From contig NC_086097.1 in NCBI RefSeq assembly GCF_963921235.1, positions 171,432,001 to 171,496,000 on the forward strand: a stretch of 64,000 nt of DNA, written 5' to 3'. Shown piece after piece: positions 1 to 12,864 of the stretch; position 1 is the first letter of the stretch, and each line of letters starts with the position of its first letter. The translations under genes and the position numbers were made by a program. The notes under the pieces are model-generated. The model did not search any database. It saw only the letters and a list, made by a program, of their open reading frames with translations, and had not been told where the DNA came from. The stretch comes from Mobula hypostoma (taxonomy: Eukaryota).

Positions 1-375
1 CTGGCAAATCCCCATCTTGCTATTACCCCCTTAATTGGGCCTTAATCCCCTCGTCCGATTTCCAATTATTCCCAGTTCCACTAATTACAGCACACCTGGT
101 TTCCATTAGTGAACATAGGATAAAACTCGTGTGGTACAGCCATACTTTGCCAGTTTGTTGGCTGACTCCAGAGTGAGTAGACCTTGTTTCCTGATTCCTT
201 GGGATTGACAGTTCTAAGCTCTGTATCATTTCTGGGATACTCTATGTAAACCTCAACTCTGTATGAAGACTCTCCTGGATACTGGTTCCCTGTTTGCGGT
301 GGTGCTAATGCCTCACGACTGCCTCTGCGCCTGTGTCCTGCACTTGGGTTTGTCCTCAGCCTCATCTGTGCAACA
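1..375 (+). repeat. 5' LTR of the Gypsy element (first ~14 bp lie outside the window)
   Basis: Direct repeat of 4732-5104; ends in ...GCAACA; roughly 85% identical by eye, with many CpG-type transitions. Confidence 0.93.
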
Positions 376-392
376 GAATGAACTAGCCAAGA

Positions 393-1394
393 ATGAACCC
401 AGCAGACACAGACCCTGTGCAATAGGCCCTCGATAGCTAGGGATACCTACTGGGTGCCCGCAACCAGCTGCTCAGAGAAATCACGGAAAACTTCTGTGTG
501 CTGTCCACGAATGTGAGGAAGGTCAGTGAGCAGGTTGACTGGCTATTTGCTTCCCTTACTCCGTCCCTTCCAAGAACCCTGACTAACCAAACTGCACAGC
601 CTGGGATGGCTACGCCCCTTGGATAGGCAACACACTCCCCTCAAGAGCTGTATGTACCCAAACTGAAACCCTACACTGGGGACCTAGGGAAGTGCTGGGC
701 CTTCTTATTACAATGCTCTTTGGTCTTTGAGCAACAGCCACATACATACACCTTGGACAGATTGAAGATTGCATACTTCATGGGGCTGTTACGAGGTGAT
801 GCCTTGGCATAGGCCACCATGTCTGGAACAACTGCCCAGAGGTCTGTTCCTCCTTCGTCTCTGAAATGAGGAACGTCGTTAAACAGCCCATTCGCGGTAA
901 GGACGCCACTAAGCGCTTGCTAACTCTCAGTCAGGGCTTGTGAAGCGTAGCTAAATACTCCACTGAGTTCCAAACATTAGCGCCGACTCTGGGTGGAATG
1001 ACGAGGCACTACGGGAAGTGTTCCGACAGGGCCTCTCAGATAAGATAAAAGATGAACGGGCAGCGAGGGATGATGCAGACAGCCTGGACTCTCTAATCTC
1101 TCCAGCCACCAGGCCCAATAAGAGTGTCTAACCAGTCGCCCCGCTCCTCGGGTCAGCCCACGTCCCACCTTACCATCTTCAGCCAGCCTCCCTTCCCCAG
1201 CCGCTTCAACTATGGTTCCTGCTCCGACCGTCCCCACTACCCTGGGAGAGGAACCGATGAAGCTGGGACAGAACCATCTCTCCCCTGCTGAACGACTTCA
1301 GAGGCGGAGAGCTGGGGATCATTACCATTGCGGCCAGCCATGACATTTCCGGGATACCTGTCCTCGTCAGCCAAAAGGGAGAGCTCACCAGTAG
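393..1394 (+). pseudogene. Degenerate gag of the Gypsy element
   Basis: Starts MNPAD; EPMKLG motif; degenerate zinc knuckle at ~1320-1360; ends ...GCTCACCAGTAG; internal stops and frameshifts. Confidence 0.75.
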
Positions 1395-1399
1395 AAAGG

Positions 1400-4300
1400 G
1401 GGACCCTGGTGAGCCGGATGACACTCCCTTCAGTCCGCCAGACCTGATGCAGATCCCAGCTACCATGAATTATCAACAACAGTCCCTGTCCCTATGTGCC
1501 TTGGTGGATTCCCGAGGGAAATCTGCTGGGTGAGGACAGAACCTCCCGGGCCGGAATACCTCGGGCCCCATTAAGTATCCCTCTGGAAGCCCTGGCACTG
1601 GATGGAAAACTGCTGGCTCAGATTACCCACTGTACGCCACCCCTGACCTTCATTCTGTCTGGAAACCATCAAGAGGAGGTACAATTTAATCTCATCCATT
1701 CTCCTCAAGCTCTTGTAGTTCTAGGATATCCCTGGCTGAACCACCACAACCCCTACATCGACTGGTCTACCGGGAGGATAGCCAGCTGGAGCCTGTTTTG
1801 CCACTCCACCTGTCTGCGGTCGGCTCCATCCCCTAGGGAGATTGCCGCAACCCCATCTGTCTTGGAACCTCTCGACTTGTCCAGAGTCCCCGCAGAATGC
1901 CATGACCTGGGATAGGTATTCAACAAACAACAGGCTCTTTCCCTGCCTCTGCACTGCCCATATGATTGCACTATCGACCTTCTCCCCGGGGCCTCGTTAC
2001 CCACCAGTTGTCTTTATAACTTAGCCGGACCAGAAAGAGGCCATGGAGAAATACATTCATGAGTCCCTCGTGGCGGGCATTATTCGACCTTCATCCTCCC
2101 CGGTGAGTGCCGGTTTCTTCTTTGCAGAGAAGAAGGATGAGTCGCTTCATCCCTGTATTGATTACTGAGGTCTAAACAATATAACAGTTAAAAATAAGTA
2201 CCCACTACCCCACATTAACTCGGCATTTGAACCACTTAACGGGGCCACCATCTTCTCGAAGTTGGATCTTCGTAGCGCCTACCATCTAGTCAGGATGAGG
2301 GATGGAAATGAGTGGAAGATGGCCTTTAATATACCTTTGGACCACTTCAAGTACTTGGTCATGCCGTTTGGCCTCACCAGTGCCCCTGCTGTTTTTCAAG
2401 CCCTAATCAATGATGTATTGAGGGACTTTCTTAATCACTGTGTTCGTCTACCTAGATGATATCTTAATATTTTCTAGCAGCCCCCAGAAACACACTCACC
2501 ATGTCCATCTAGTCCTCCAGAGACTGTGGGAGAACAAGTTACTTGTGAAGGCAGAGAAATGTGAGTTCCACGTCCCTTCGGTCAGCTTCCTGGGCTACAT
2601 CATCGAGAGCGGGCAGGTGAGGGCAGATCCTGAGAAGATCCAGGCGATGGAAGAATGGCCCAGACCCACAACCCGCAAGCAACTTCAGCGGATTTTGGGG
2701 TTTGCAAACTTTTATCGCCAAGTTATCAGGGATTACAGTCGGGTGGCGGCGCCCCTTACCCGACTTACCTCGCCTACCACACCTTTTTGTTGGGACTCAG
2801 AGGCTGATTCAGCATTCACTGACCCGAAGAGGCGGTTCACAACTGCTCCCGTCCTGGTCCAACCGGACCCCTCATGTCAATTCATTGTTGTGGCTGACTC
2901 CTGTGACTCAGAGGTAGGAGCAGTCCTGTCCCAACGATCAAGTACGGATGTAAAGCTTCATCCCTGTGCCGCCTTTACTCACCGACTGTCCCCCGCTGAG
3001 CAGAATTACGACGTGGGGAATCAGGAAATACTGGCAGTCAAGCTAGGGTTGGAGGAGTGGAGGCACTGGCTGGAGGGGGCAGAACACCTGCTTATTGTGT
3101 GGACTGATCATAAGAACCTGGGATATATTCAGACCGCCAAACGTTTGAACTCCCGCCAGGCCTATTGGGCATCATTTTTTTGGATGGTTCAAGTTTTCCC
3201 TCACATACCATCCAGGGTCCAAGAACAGGAAACCTGACACGCTCTCCCGCTAATACAACTCCAAGGAGGACACTTCCAGCCCAGAGACTATCCTCCCACC
3301 ATCCTGTGTGGTGGCAACCCTCACTTGGAAGATTGAGTCCATAGTAAAGGAAGCCCAACGGTTTGACCCTGACCCCACCAATGGACCCACTGATCGCCTT
3401 TCTGTGCCTGATTCCGTCAGATCTCAGGTTCTCCGGTGGGAGCGCACATCTCAGTTAGCCTGCCACCTCGGGAGTGATCGGACACTGACTCTCCTGAAAA
3501 AACACTTTTGGTGGCCTTCCATGGAGGCGGATACCCATTCCTATGATTCTGCATGTTCCGTCTCTGCCCATGGGAAAAGCCTCCCATTGGCCACCTACGG
3601 GATTACTTCATCCCCTACCTGTCCCTAGTCATCCTTGGTCGTACATCACCCTAGATTTTGTCACCGGTCTACCCTCTTCACACAGAAACACCACTGTACT
3701 CACCGTGGTAGACTGGTTCTCCAAGCCGGTACACTTTGTAGCCCTCCCTAAACTCTCTTCTGCTCAGGAAACCGCAGACTTTCTCGTCCATCACGTCTTC
3801 CGCCTCCATGGAATCCCCACGGACATCATCTCCGATCAAGGTCCGCAATTCATCTCGCAGGTATGCAAGGCCTTCTGTCAAGCCTCAGGTGCCTCGGTCA
3901 GCCTGTCATCCGGCTTCCAACCACAGACGAACGGGCAAACGGAACAGGTCAACCAGGACTTGGAGGCGACACTACGTTGTATTACAACCAACAGCCCGTC
4001 TACCTGGAGTGACCATCGCGCGTAGGTTGAGTACGCGCACAACTCTCTGGTTAGTACTGCCATCAGAACGTCTCCCTTCGAGTGCTCCCTTGGGTACCAA
4101 CCCCCGCAGTTCCCCACACAAGAAGAGATTGCAGTGCCATCTGTTCAGGCCCATATCAATCGGTGCCACAAGGTTTGGGAGGACACGCACGGCCCTGCTC
4201 AGATCAACTAATCGCAATAGGAGAATTGCTGATCGACACCGGACTCCTGCGCCTGAGTATCAACCCGGGCAGATGGTTTGGCTTTCATCCAAAGATATCC

Positions 4301-4700
4301 CTCTCAAAAACGAGCCTAAGAAACTCGCCCCTCACTTCCTGGGACCTTTCAAGGTCAAAAGTATCATCAACCCCACAGCAGTCCGACTTACACTACCAAG
4401 ATCTATGCACATCCACCCTACTTTTCATGTTTCCCAATTAAAACCACTTTCAGTCAGCCCCTTGTGTCCTCCAACTGAAACCCCTCCACCCGCCCGGATC
4501 AACGACAAACATCCGGCAGCTACTAGATGTGCGCCGTCGGGGCAGGGGCCTCCAATACCTGGTCGACTGGGAAGGGTACGGCCCAGAGGAGTGTTCCTGG
4601 GCTCCCTGATCCTTCATCCTGGACCCCTCTCTCATCCAAGACTTCCATTGGGACCATCCGGACAAGCCTGGAGATTCGCCTGGAGTCACCCGTTGGGGGG
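1400..4700 (+). pseudogene. Degenerate pol (protease-RT-RNase H-integrase-chromodomain) of the Gypsy element
   Basis: ORF fragments 1496-1915, 2262-2459 ([15 protein letters not shown]), 2440-3237 (YLDD, RNase H), 3308-4025 (integrase) and 3808-4776 ([20 protein letters not shown]). Confidence 0.92.
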
Positions 4701-4717
4701 GTGGGGGTGGTGGGTAC

Positions 4718-5104
4718 TATCATGGTCCCGTCCAGCAATTCCCCATCTTGCTAGTACCCTCTTAATTGTGCCTTAATCCCCTCAGCTAATTACCAATCAT
4801 TCCCAGTTCCACTAATTACAGCACACCTGCTTCCCATTAGCGAACATAGGATAAAACTCGGGTGGCACTGCCATGCTTTGCCAGTTTGTTGGTCGACTCT
4901 GGTGTGAATAAACCTTGTTTCCTGATTCCTTGGGACTGTCAGTTCTAAGCTCCGTATCATTTCCTGGATACTCTACGTAAACCTTGTCTCCGTAGACTCT
5001 CCTGGATACCGGTTCCCCGATCGTGGCGGTGCCAACGCCTCACGACTCTACCTCCGTGCCTGTGTCCTGTACTTGGGTTCGACCTCAGCCTTGTCCTTGC
5101 AACA
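4718..5104 (+). repeat. 3' LTR of the Gypsy element
   Basis: Begins TATCA (probably decayed TGTCA) right after the G-rich PPT and GTAC; ends ...GCAACA; matches 1-375. Confidence 0.93.
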
Positions 5105-5393
5105 ATAATATAGAATAATTGTATAAAATCTGATCACCAGACTCGAGGGCAACTTTTGACCCAGTGCTATCAGACTCTTGAATGGATCGTTCAATTGCTA
5201 AAGCTGCACTCTTGATCTCCAAGTCTACCTCATTAATCCCTTGCACTTGCGTGCTGCACTTTCTCTAAAGCTGAATCAGAACCCGATTTATTATCACTGC
5301 CATACATTGAAACATTTGTTGTTTTGTGGCAGCAATGCAGTGCAGTACCTAAACATTAGAATAAGTTACAATAAGAATATATTAAAATAAATA

Positions 5394-6716
5394 CAGGTCC
5401 ACAATCCCTATCTGAAATCCGAAAAGCTCTGAAAACCGAAGTTTTTTTTTTGTGGAGCGTGTCGTAGCAAGGCATGTTTGGCTTTCCAACTGCTGACGTC
5501 ACTCAGGTGTGACGTGGCCGCACTAGCAGAGGCCGCCAGACGTCAGTTGTGATTCAGCGCTCGTACTGGTTACACGTGCATTTGCTGTTCGCTGATATTT
5601 TGTGTTCACTGTTGACTTTGTGTTTAATTTCACTGTGAAAATGTCAAAACGAGCTGCAGATACCCCTATGGGTAACAATGAGAGAAAGAGAAGGAAGCAT
5701 CTATCATTATTAATAACGCAGGAAGTGGAGTTATTGCAGAAGCTTGATCGTGGTGTGTCTGTGCAGCGTCTTACTGAAGAATATGGTGTCGGAACTACTA
5801 CTGTATATGATTTAAAGAAACAGTAAGACAAGTTACTGCAGTTTTATAGTGACAGTGATGACCATAAACTAATGAAAAATAGGAAGACACTGCATAGGAC
5901 AGAAAATGAAGATCTTGACCGTGTGTTGATTGAGTGGATTAGACAAAAAGAAGTGAACGTATGCCACTGAATGGCATGTTGATCATGAAACAAGCTAGAA
6001 TATATCATGATGAACTGTCAATATTCAGAGGGTTGGCTGCAAAAATTTAAGAAGCGTCATGGAATAAAATATCTGAAAATCTGTGGTGAGGAAGCTTCTG
6101 CTGATCATGAAGCAGCTGAAAATTACACTGACGAATTTGCCAAGATAATATCTGATGAAAACCTTAGCCCTGAACACATTTACAATGCTGATGAAACAGC
6201 TTTGTACTGGCACTGCGTCCCTAGAAAAACATTAACACGGCTGATGAGAGAGCACCAAAAGGTTTTTAAGATGCCAAGGACAGATTAACTATTCTTGGGT
6301 GTGCCAATGCAGAAGGCACACACAAGGTGAAATTGGCAGTGATTGGAAAAAGCCAACATCCGAAATGTAAGAGAGCGCGGACTGGAAAAACCCGGAAGTT
6401 CCCTCTCCAGCACTCGTTGTTTGAGCATGTACAGACTTCTTTTCTTGTCATTATTCCCTAAAAAAATACAGTATAACAACTATTTACATAGCAATTACAT
6501 TGTATTAGGTATAACAAGTAATCTAGAGATGATTTAAAGTATACGGGAGGATGTGCGTGGGTCCGGAGCTCCCCCGGGTCCTAAAGTCCACCCATACTGA
6601 GACTGAGACAGACAGGTTAATTATCAATATAATTTTCAATTTTCTGAAATCCAAAAAATTCTGAATTCCGAAATTCAACTGGCCCCAAGAATTTTGGATA
6701 AGGGATTGTGGACCTG
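5394..6716 (+). mobile_element. Tigger/pogo-family DNA transposon, internally deleted
   Basis: TIRs CAGGTCCACAATCCC / GGGATTGTGGACCTG flanked by TA (5392-5393, 6717-6718). Disrupted transposase from ATG 5641 (MSKRAADTPMG...KRKHLSL, HTH; GWLQKFKKRHGI; IYNADETALYW). Confidence 0.92.
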
Positions 6717-7859
6717 TAAATAATGCAAAAAGAGAGCAAATTAGTGAGTTAGTCTTCAGAAATCTGATGGTGGAGGGGAAGAACAATGAGGCTACTGCAC
6801 CTCCTTTCAGATGATAGTAATGAGAGGAGGGCATGCCCTAGCTGGTTAGGGTCCTACATAATGGATGCTGAATTCTTCAGGCATCAGCTTTTGAAGATGC
6901 CCTTGATGGTAGAGAGGCTTGTGCCCATGATGGAGCTGGCTGAATTTATAACCCACTTCAGCTTTCTCTAATCCTTTGTCTCTATACCAGATGGTAATGC
7001 AAACCACAGATCATCTGTGGAAAATTACAGAGTCCTTGGTGACAAACCAAATCACTTCAAATTCCTAAGAATTATCACTGCCGGTGTACCTTCTTCATAA
7101 TTGCATCAATTGTTGAGCCAAGGGTAAATCTTCAAATATGTTGACACTCAGGAACTTGAAGCTGCTCCCCCTTTCCACTGCTGATCACTTGATCTTGACT
7201 GCCTTGTGTTATCTTGATTTCCTCTTCCTCAGGTCACTAGTCAATTCCTTGGTGGTACTGACAGTGAGAGTAATCTGCTACACTATGTTCTGAATTCTGC
7301 ATTTTTGTTTCATTTTTGACTTCAGTGTACTAATGTATGGCATGCTCTGCCTGGGTTAGCATGCAAACATGAGCTTTCCACTGTGTTTTGGTACATGAGA
7401 TAATCAAGAATCAATATCAATCAATCCTAAAATCAAAGTTCAAAGTATGTATATTATATACATCCTTGGGATTCATTTCCTTATAGGCAGTCACAAAACA
7501 AAGACACCCAATAAAACCTTTCAAAAAGGACCATTGAACACCCTATGTGCAGAGAAGAAAACAAATCGTACAAACAATAAAGTAATAAGCAAATGATATT
7601 CAGAACTGAAGTGAGTCCACAGCCACGAAGCCAGTCACCACTGCAGTTGATCCTAGAACTTATTAGTTGCAGGTGTAGAGGTGAGTAAACATCACTGAAC
7701 AGCGAGCTGAAGACTGGCACATCCCTCACCTCCGGCCTTTCCCTTTTGGCCTGGCACTTAAATTGGTCAAACCTCAGGTTGTTGCTCGCATTCAGGTCTT
7801 TGCCCTGCTGCCTCACTTCAGTTCTGCCGCTTCAAATCACCTCCAAGTCCCCTCCGGCA

Positions 7860-8380
7860 TAGAGTTGCCAACTGTCCAGTATTAGCTGGGACTCTGGTAT
7901 ATTGGGCTAAATTGGTTTGTCCCTTATGGGACCACCCCCTCCCCCGCCGTCCCTTATTTCCCCCACTAAGTAGAGTGTTCCTATGAAACCTTTCGTGCCA
8001 AAATGGCGTAACGCGAAGAAGCAATTACCATTAATTTATATGGGAAAAATTTTTGAGCATTCCCAGACCCAAAAAAAACAACGAAATAACACATAAAACC
8101 TAAAATAACACTAACATACAGTAAAAGCATAAAACGATATGATAAATACACAGCCCATATAAAGTAGAAATAATGTATGTACAGTGTAGTTTCACTGAAC
8201 AGAATTGCCAAAACCGACTTGTAGAAAAAAAATCGGCACGTACACACGTCACACATGCACACACAGGTGCCCATGCAAGGCTTCATGGTCATGGTAGCCT
8301 TTCTCAGGGTAAACACAAGTGTCCCGTATTTGCCTGCTACTTTTGTCCCTTATTTGGAAGTGAGAAAGTTAGCAATCCTA
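7860..8380. mobile_element. Non-autonomous hAT element (MITE) with perfect 8-bp TSD
   Basis: TIRs TAGAGTTGCCAAC / GTTAGCAATCCTA; TSD CTCCGGCA at 7852-7859 and 8381-8388. Confidence 0.88.
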
Positions 8381-8689
8381 CTCCGGCAGCCAAACATTGG
8401 CTGATTCCCCACTCTCGGGCACGAGTCCAGCAGCCTTGATTCGGCCCAATACACCACACCACAACCATCCTACACCTTTGTAACTTCTGTTCACAATACA
8501 AAAATACCAAGTCATACAGCCGGTTCAAAAGCTAATTTCTAAAAAGGAAGCTACGGACTATTGATTAGAGTGATCATGGTCCAGAAAAAGTGTGATTAAT
8601 AAAGTAATTAATAGCTGCTTTTACTGCCAGCAAGTCATCGCTATGTTTAATCAGCACCATCATAAACCGGAAAATCCTAGTAAATGACA

Positions 8690-9140
8690 ATATGATTGAG
8701 TAGAGTCAGGGTGGTTTCATGAATGGGGAAGTACATTTAACTAATCAATTGGAGTTCTTTGAAAATATATCTAGTAGAGTGGATATGAGAGAACCAATGC
8801 ATATGGTGTACTTGGATTTTCAGAAGGATTTTGATAAGTTCCCACATGGAAGCTTGGTGAACAAGATGCACATAGAACTTTGGATGTAATGTGCCAGTGT
8901 GGATTAAGATCTGGTTAAGTGATAGGGATGAACTAATTTTTCTCAATTTGGTAGGCTGTGCCTGGCAGGATTCCAGAACAATTGAAGCTTGGGTCCTGAC
9001 CATATACAATCTGCACATCAATGTAGTGGACGGGACCAAATATAACAGATCCAAGTTTGTGCAAGACATGAACCGAAGTGAGAATGCGAGTATTGTTGCT
9101 GAGACTTCGGGGGCATATGGAAAAGGAAGTATCAGCATAG
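8690..9140 (+). mobile_element. CR1 LINE RT fragment, decayed
   Basis: Remnant of LTNLLEFFE...VYLDFQKAFDKVPH coding sequence (GTGTACTTGGATTTTCAGAAG...GATAAGTTCCCACA). Confidence 0.75.
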
Positions 9141-9940
9141 AGTAACAGAGTCATAGATTTATGCAGCATGAAAACAGGCCATTCAGCCCAAATTGTCCAT
9201 GCTGACCAAGATGTCTATGTAAACTAATCCTTTTTGCCTGCCTTTGACACATATCCCTTTGAACCTTTTCCATCTATTGACATGCCTAAATATCTTTTAA
9301 ACATTTTGATTGCACCTGCCTCTACAGCTTGCACTGGCACCTTGTTCCATATACCAATCACACTATCTGAAAAAGCTTTCCAACAGCTCCCTTTTAATTC
9401 CTTCCCCTGTCATCATAAACCTCTGTGCTTTAGTTTTAGACTCACATACCCCTGGAAAAAGACTGCAACTTTCTACTCTGAACCTCCTAGTTTTTTAAAC
9501 CTATATTTGATCACCCCTCAGCCTCCTTCACTCCAAGGAAAACAGTCTTTACATGTAACTCAAGCCTTCTACTCCAGACAATATTCCTATCAATCTTTTC
9601 TTCACTATCTCCAGCTTAATCACAAAGTTCCTATAGCGTAGTTACCAGAACTGCACACAATACTCCAAGGATAGTGAACCAATGATTTATATGATCATAA
9701 CATAACATCCCACTCCTGTAACTCAGTGCCTTAACTGATGTAGGCAAGCATGGTGTTCATCTTCTTCACCACTCTACTTAACCGTGTTGTCACTGAAGGA
9801 AATTTGCACATTTTTCCCTAGATCACACTGTTCAATAAACCTTCCCAGGACCCTATCATTCACTTTGTAAGCCCTGGTCTAGTTTATCTTTCCAAAATGC
9901 TGCATCTGGCAGTTGTCTGATTTAGATTCCAACAGCCATT
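9140..9940 (-). mobile_element. CR1 LINE 3' fragment
   Basis: Reverse-complement CR1 3' end (ACAGGCCATTCAGCCC, CCAGAACTGCACACAATACTCCA). Confidence 0.7.
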
Positions 9941-10085
9941 CCCTTTTCCCATTTCTCATTTCTCATTGTTCTAACTTTCTTCATTGTCTACTATAGCAAT
10001 TCTGCTCATATTTCTTATATAAAAATTTAATTACAATACACAGTATTTCTCATGTAATGTAGGTTACAGTAGGCTATTGAAAGAT

Positions 10086-12066
10086 TCAGTACTGAGCTGA
10101 GAAGAGGAAGATGGAGTTTAATCTGGAGAAGTGTGAACTGATACACTTTGGAAGATGAAACTTGAAGGTAGGGTACAGGTTAATGGCAGGATTCTCAGCA
10201 GAGGGAAGGAACACCAAGGTTGATGTCCATAATCTCTCAAAGTTGACTTGCAAGTTGACTGGGTAGTTAAGGTGTATGGTGCATTGAGCTTTCTTAGTTG
10301 GGAGATTGAATTCAAGAGCCACAAGGTAATATTATAGCTCTATGAACAGTGGTGAGACCACTCTTGGAATATTGAGTTCGGTTCTGGTCACTTCACTATA
10401 ACAAGTATTACCAAGATGCTGCCTGGATTAGAGAGCAGATTTTATGAAGATAGATTGAGAGGCTTGTGTTTTTCTCTTTGGAGCGAAGGTGACTTGACAG
10501 AGGTATACATGATATTAAGAGGCATCCCATGTCTTCCCACCCATAAAAATGCCATCCCCTTCTCTCAATTCCTCTGTCTCTGCTGCATCTGCTCTCAGGA
10601 TGAGGCTTTTCATTCCAGAACTAAGCAGATGTCCTTCTCCATCACAGAAAGGGACTTCCCTTCCTCCACTACCAAAGCTGCATCTCTTCCATTTTGAGCA
10701 CGTCGGCCTTCACTCCATCCTTCTGCCACCCCCACCAGGGATAGAGTTCCTCTCACCCTCATTTTCCATTCCACCAGTAACTTCAACCATCTCCAACAGG
10801 ATCCCATCCCCAAACACATCTTTCCCTCCCCCTCACTTTCTGCTTTCTGCAGGGATCGCTCCCTATGCAACTATCTTGTCCATTCATCCTTTTCCCTGAT
10901 CTCCTGTCTGGCAGTTATCCATGCAAGCAGAACAAGTGCCTCGTCTGCCCCTAAATCTCCTCCCTCACTACCATTCAGAGCCCCAAACAGTCCTTTCAGG
11001 TGAGGCGACACTTCACCTGTGAGTCTGTTGGGGTCATCTACTGTGTCCGGTGCTCCCGGTGTGGCCTCCTGTACATCAGAGAGACCTGATGTAGATTGGG
11101 AGATGGCTTCATCGAGCACCAATACTCCAGAAAAAGCAGGATCTCCGGGTGGCCACCCATTTAAATTCCACTTCCCATTCCCATCCCAACATACCAGTCC
11201 ATGGCCATCTCAACTGCTGCGATGAGGCCACGTTCAGGTTGGAGGAGCAACACCTTATATTCTGCCTGGGAAGCCTCCAACTTGATGGCATGAACATCAA
11301 TTTCTTCAGCTTCTGGCAATGCTTCCCCACCCCCTTTCCTTCACCATTCCTCATTCCAATTTTCCCCCCTCACCTATCTCCTTACCTGCCCATCACCTCC
11401 CTCTGGTGCTCCTCCCTCTTTTCTTCCATGGCCTTCTGTCCCCTCCTATCAGATTTCCCATTCTGCAGCCCTGTATCTCTTTCACCAATCACCTTCCCAA
11501 CCCTTTACTTCACCTAACACCTTGTGCTTCTACCTCCCTCACCACCCACCTCCTTACTCTGACTAATCTTTTTTCTCCAGTGCTGATGAAGGATCTCGGG
11601 CGGAAGCATTGACTGTGCTCTTTTCCATAGATGCTGCCTGGCCTGCTGAGTTCCTCTGCCTTGTGTGTGTTGCTTGGATTTCCAGCGTCTGCAGATTTTC
11701 CCTTGTTTGTGTTGAGGCATAGATCAAGTAGAGAGCTAAAGACTGTTTCCCAGGGCAGAAAACAGCTAATATCAGGGGGCATCATTTTAAAGTGATTGGA
11801 GGAAAGTGTAGGGGGCGATGTCAGAGGTAATTTTTTTTTGCACAGAGTGTGGTGGGTGCATGGAATCCTCTGCATCAGATGGTGGTGGAGGCAGATACAT
11901 TAGACATATTAGAAACTCTTAGATAGGCACATGGATAATAGAAAAATGTTGGGGTATGTAGGACAGAGGGTTAGATTGATCTTAGATTAAGTTAAAAGGA
12001 TGACCCAACATCATGGGCCACAGGGCCTGTACTGTGCCTCATTGCTCTCCTTTTTATGTTCTACGT
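10086..12066 (+). mobile_element. CR1 LINE 3' portion, interrupted by a Penelope-like element
   Basis: W..MEFN.EKCE..HFG, VRPLLEY..FWS and LPGLE motifs, plus CR1 3' UTR ending TATGTTCTA. Confidence 0.8.
10526..11713 (+). mobile_element. Penelope-like element, 5'-truncated (RT C-terminus, GIY-YIG endonuclease, pseudo-LTR)
   Basis: HKNAIPFSQFL and CESVGVIYCVRCSRCGLLYI.ET (GIY-YIG), EQHLIFCLGSLQLDGMNI; degenerate hammerhead motif 11579-11614; GAGGCAT duplicated at 10519-10525 and 11714-11720. Confidence 0.87.
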
Positions 12067-12864
12067 TCCAGATCTGATGAGCAATGAGTACATAGGGGCT
12101 GAACTAGTTCCCTTGACCTGCTAATGAATAATCAAAGGCTAAGATTCAAGATAATATTCTGCTATTATAGTTCTGAGAGCAAGAGGGGGAACCTTGTAAC
12201 TTTCATGAGTGAGAATAGGGAACTTGTTACCTCTATATACACTGACCTGAGTTAGACTGCATTGAATTAATTCAGCAGAGGAAGCAGATTTAATAGGCAT
12301 TTTCAAAAGGAAAGAGATAGTTCTTGATGGGGAAAGCAATGGGGAAAGAGAAGGATATGGGATTAATTCCAGCAAGACCAAATAATCTCCTGAGAAGAGC
12401 TTATTCACCATATAGTATACGCCGGGTATGCATTAGATCCTTTTTCCTGAAAGGGCAAATAGAGGAAATAAACTGCCAATTTTTACATAGTAAAAGACAG
12501 TGATTATAATACTGATAAGTGATTCCAGAAACATTAGGACCGTGGAAATAAATTAAGCTTCGAAAGTGCATATAAAACAGTGATGCAGGTCTCGGGCTGA
12601 TCAATTAACAGAATGGATTGGGATCTTCCTTGTACTGAACAGAATAGATTACAGAGCAAGTTGTTTTATTTTTTTGAGAAAGCTGGAAATTTTAATGCAG
12701 GTTCAAATCCAATCCTCAATTGAAAATAGGAGTACATTTTGGTTTAAGCCTTGTGTTTGCTCATTTCACATAGAGCTTAAGATGCCTAACATTTTGTGTG
12801 GAGCTGAACAGGGGAGCTTGACATTGTGGAAACTAGAAAAACTTAAGGAACTCAGAAGAATAAG

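Larger units (their letters stand above)
1..5104 (+). mobile_element. Ty3/Gypsy LTR retrotransposon, sushi/Tf1-type chromovirus, near full length but decayed; antisense to the cadherin gene
   Basis: Two LTRs, gag with a degenerate CCHC knuckle, protease (LCALVDS), RT (FVYLDD), RNase H, integrase ([10 protein letters not shown]...QTNGQTE), chromodomain ([13 protein letters not shown]), G-rich PPT at ~4695-4714; many stops and frameshifts. Confidence 0.96.

Noticed and set aside
393..4776. Domesticated sushi-derived gene (PEG10/RTL1-like)
   Set aside because: Both LTRs are retained and gag and pol carry many stops and frameshifts; this is a dead retrotransposon.
5641..6360. Domesticated JRK/TIGD-type gene
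   Set aside because: Stop at ~5824, frameshifts, truncated DDE domain, and intact TIRs with TA TSD.
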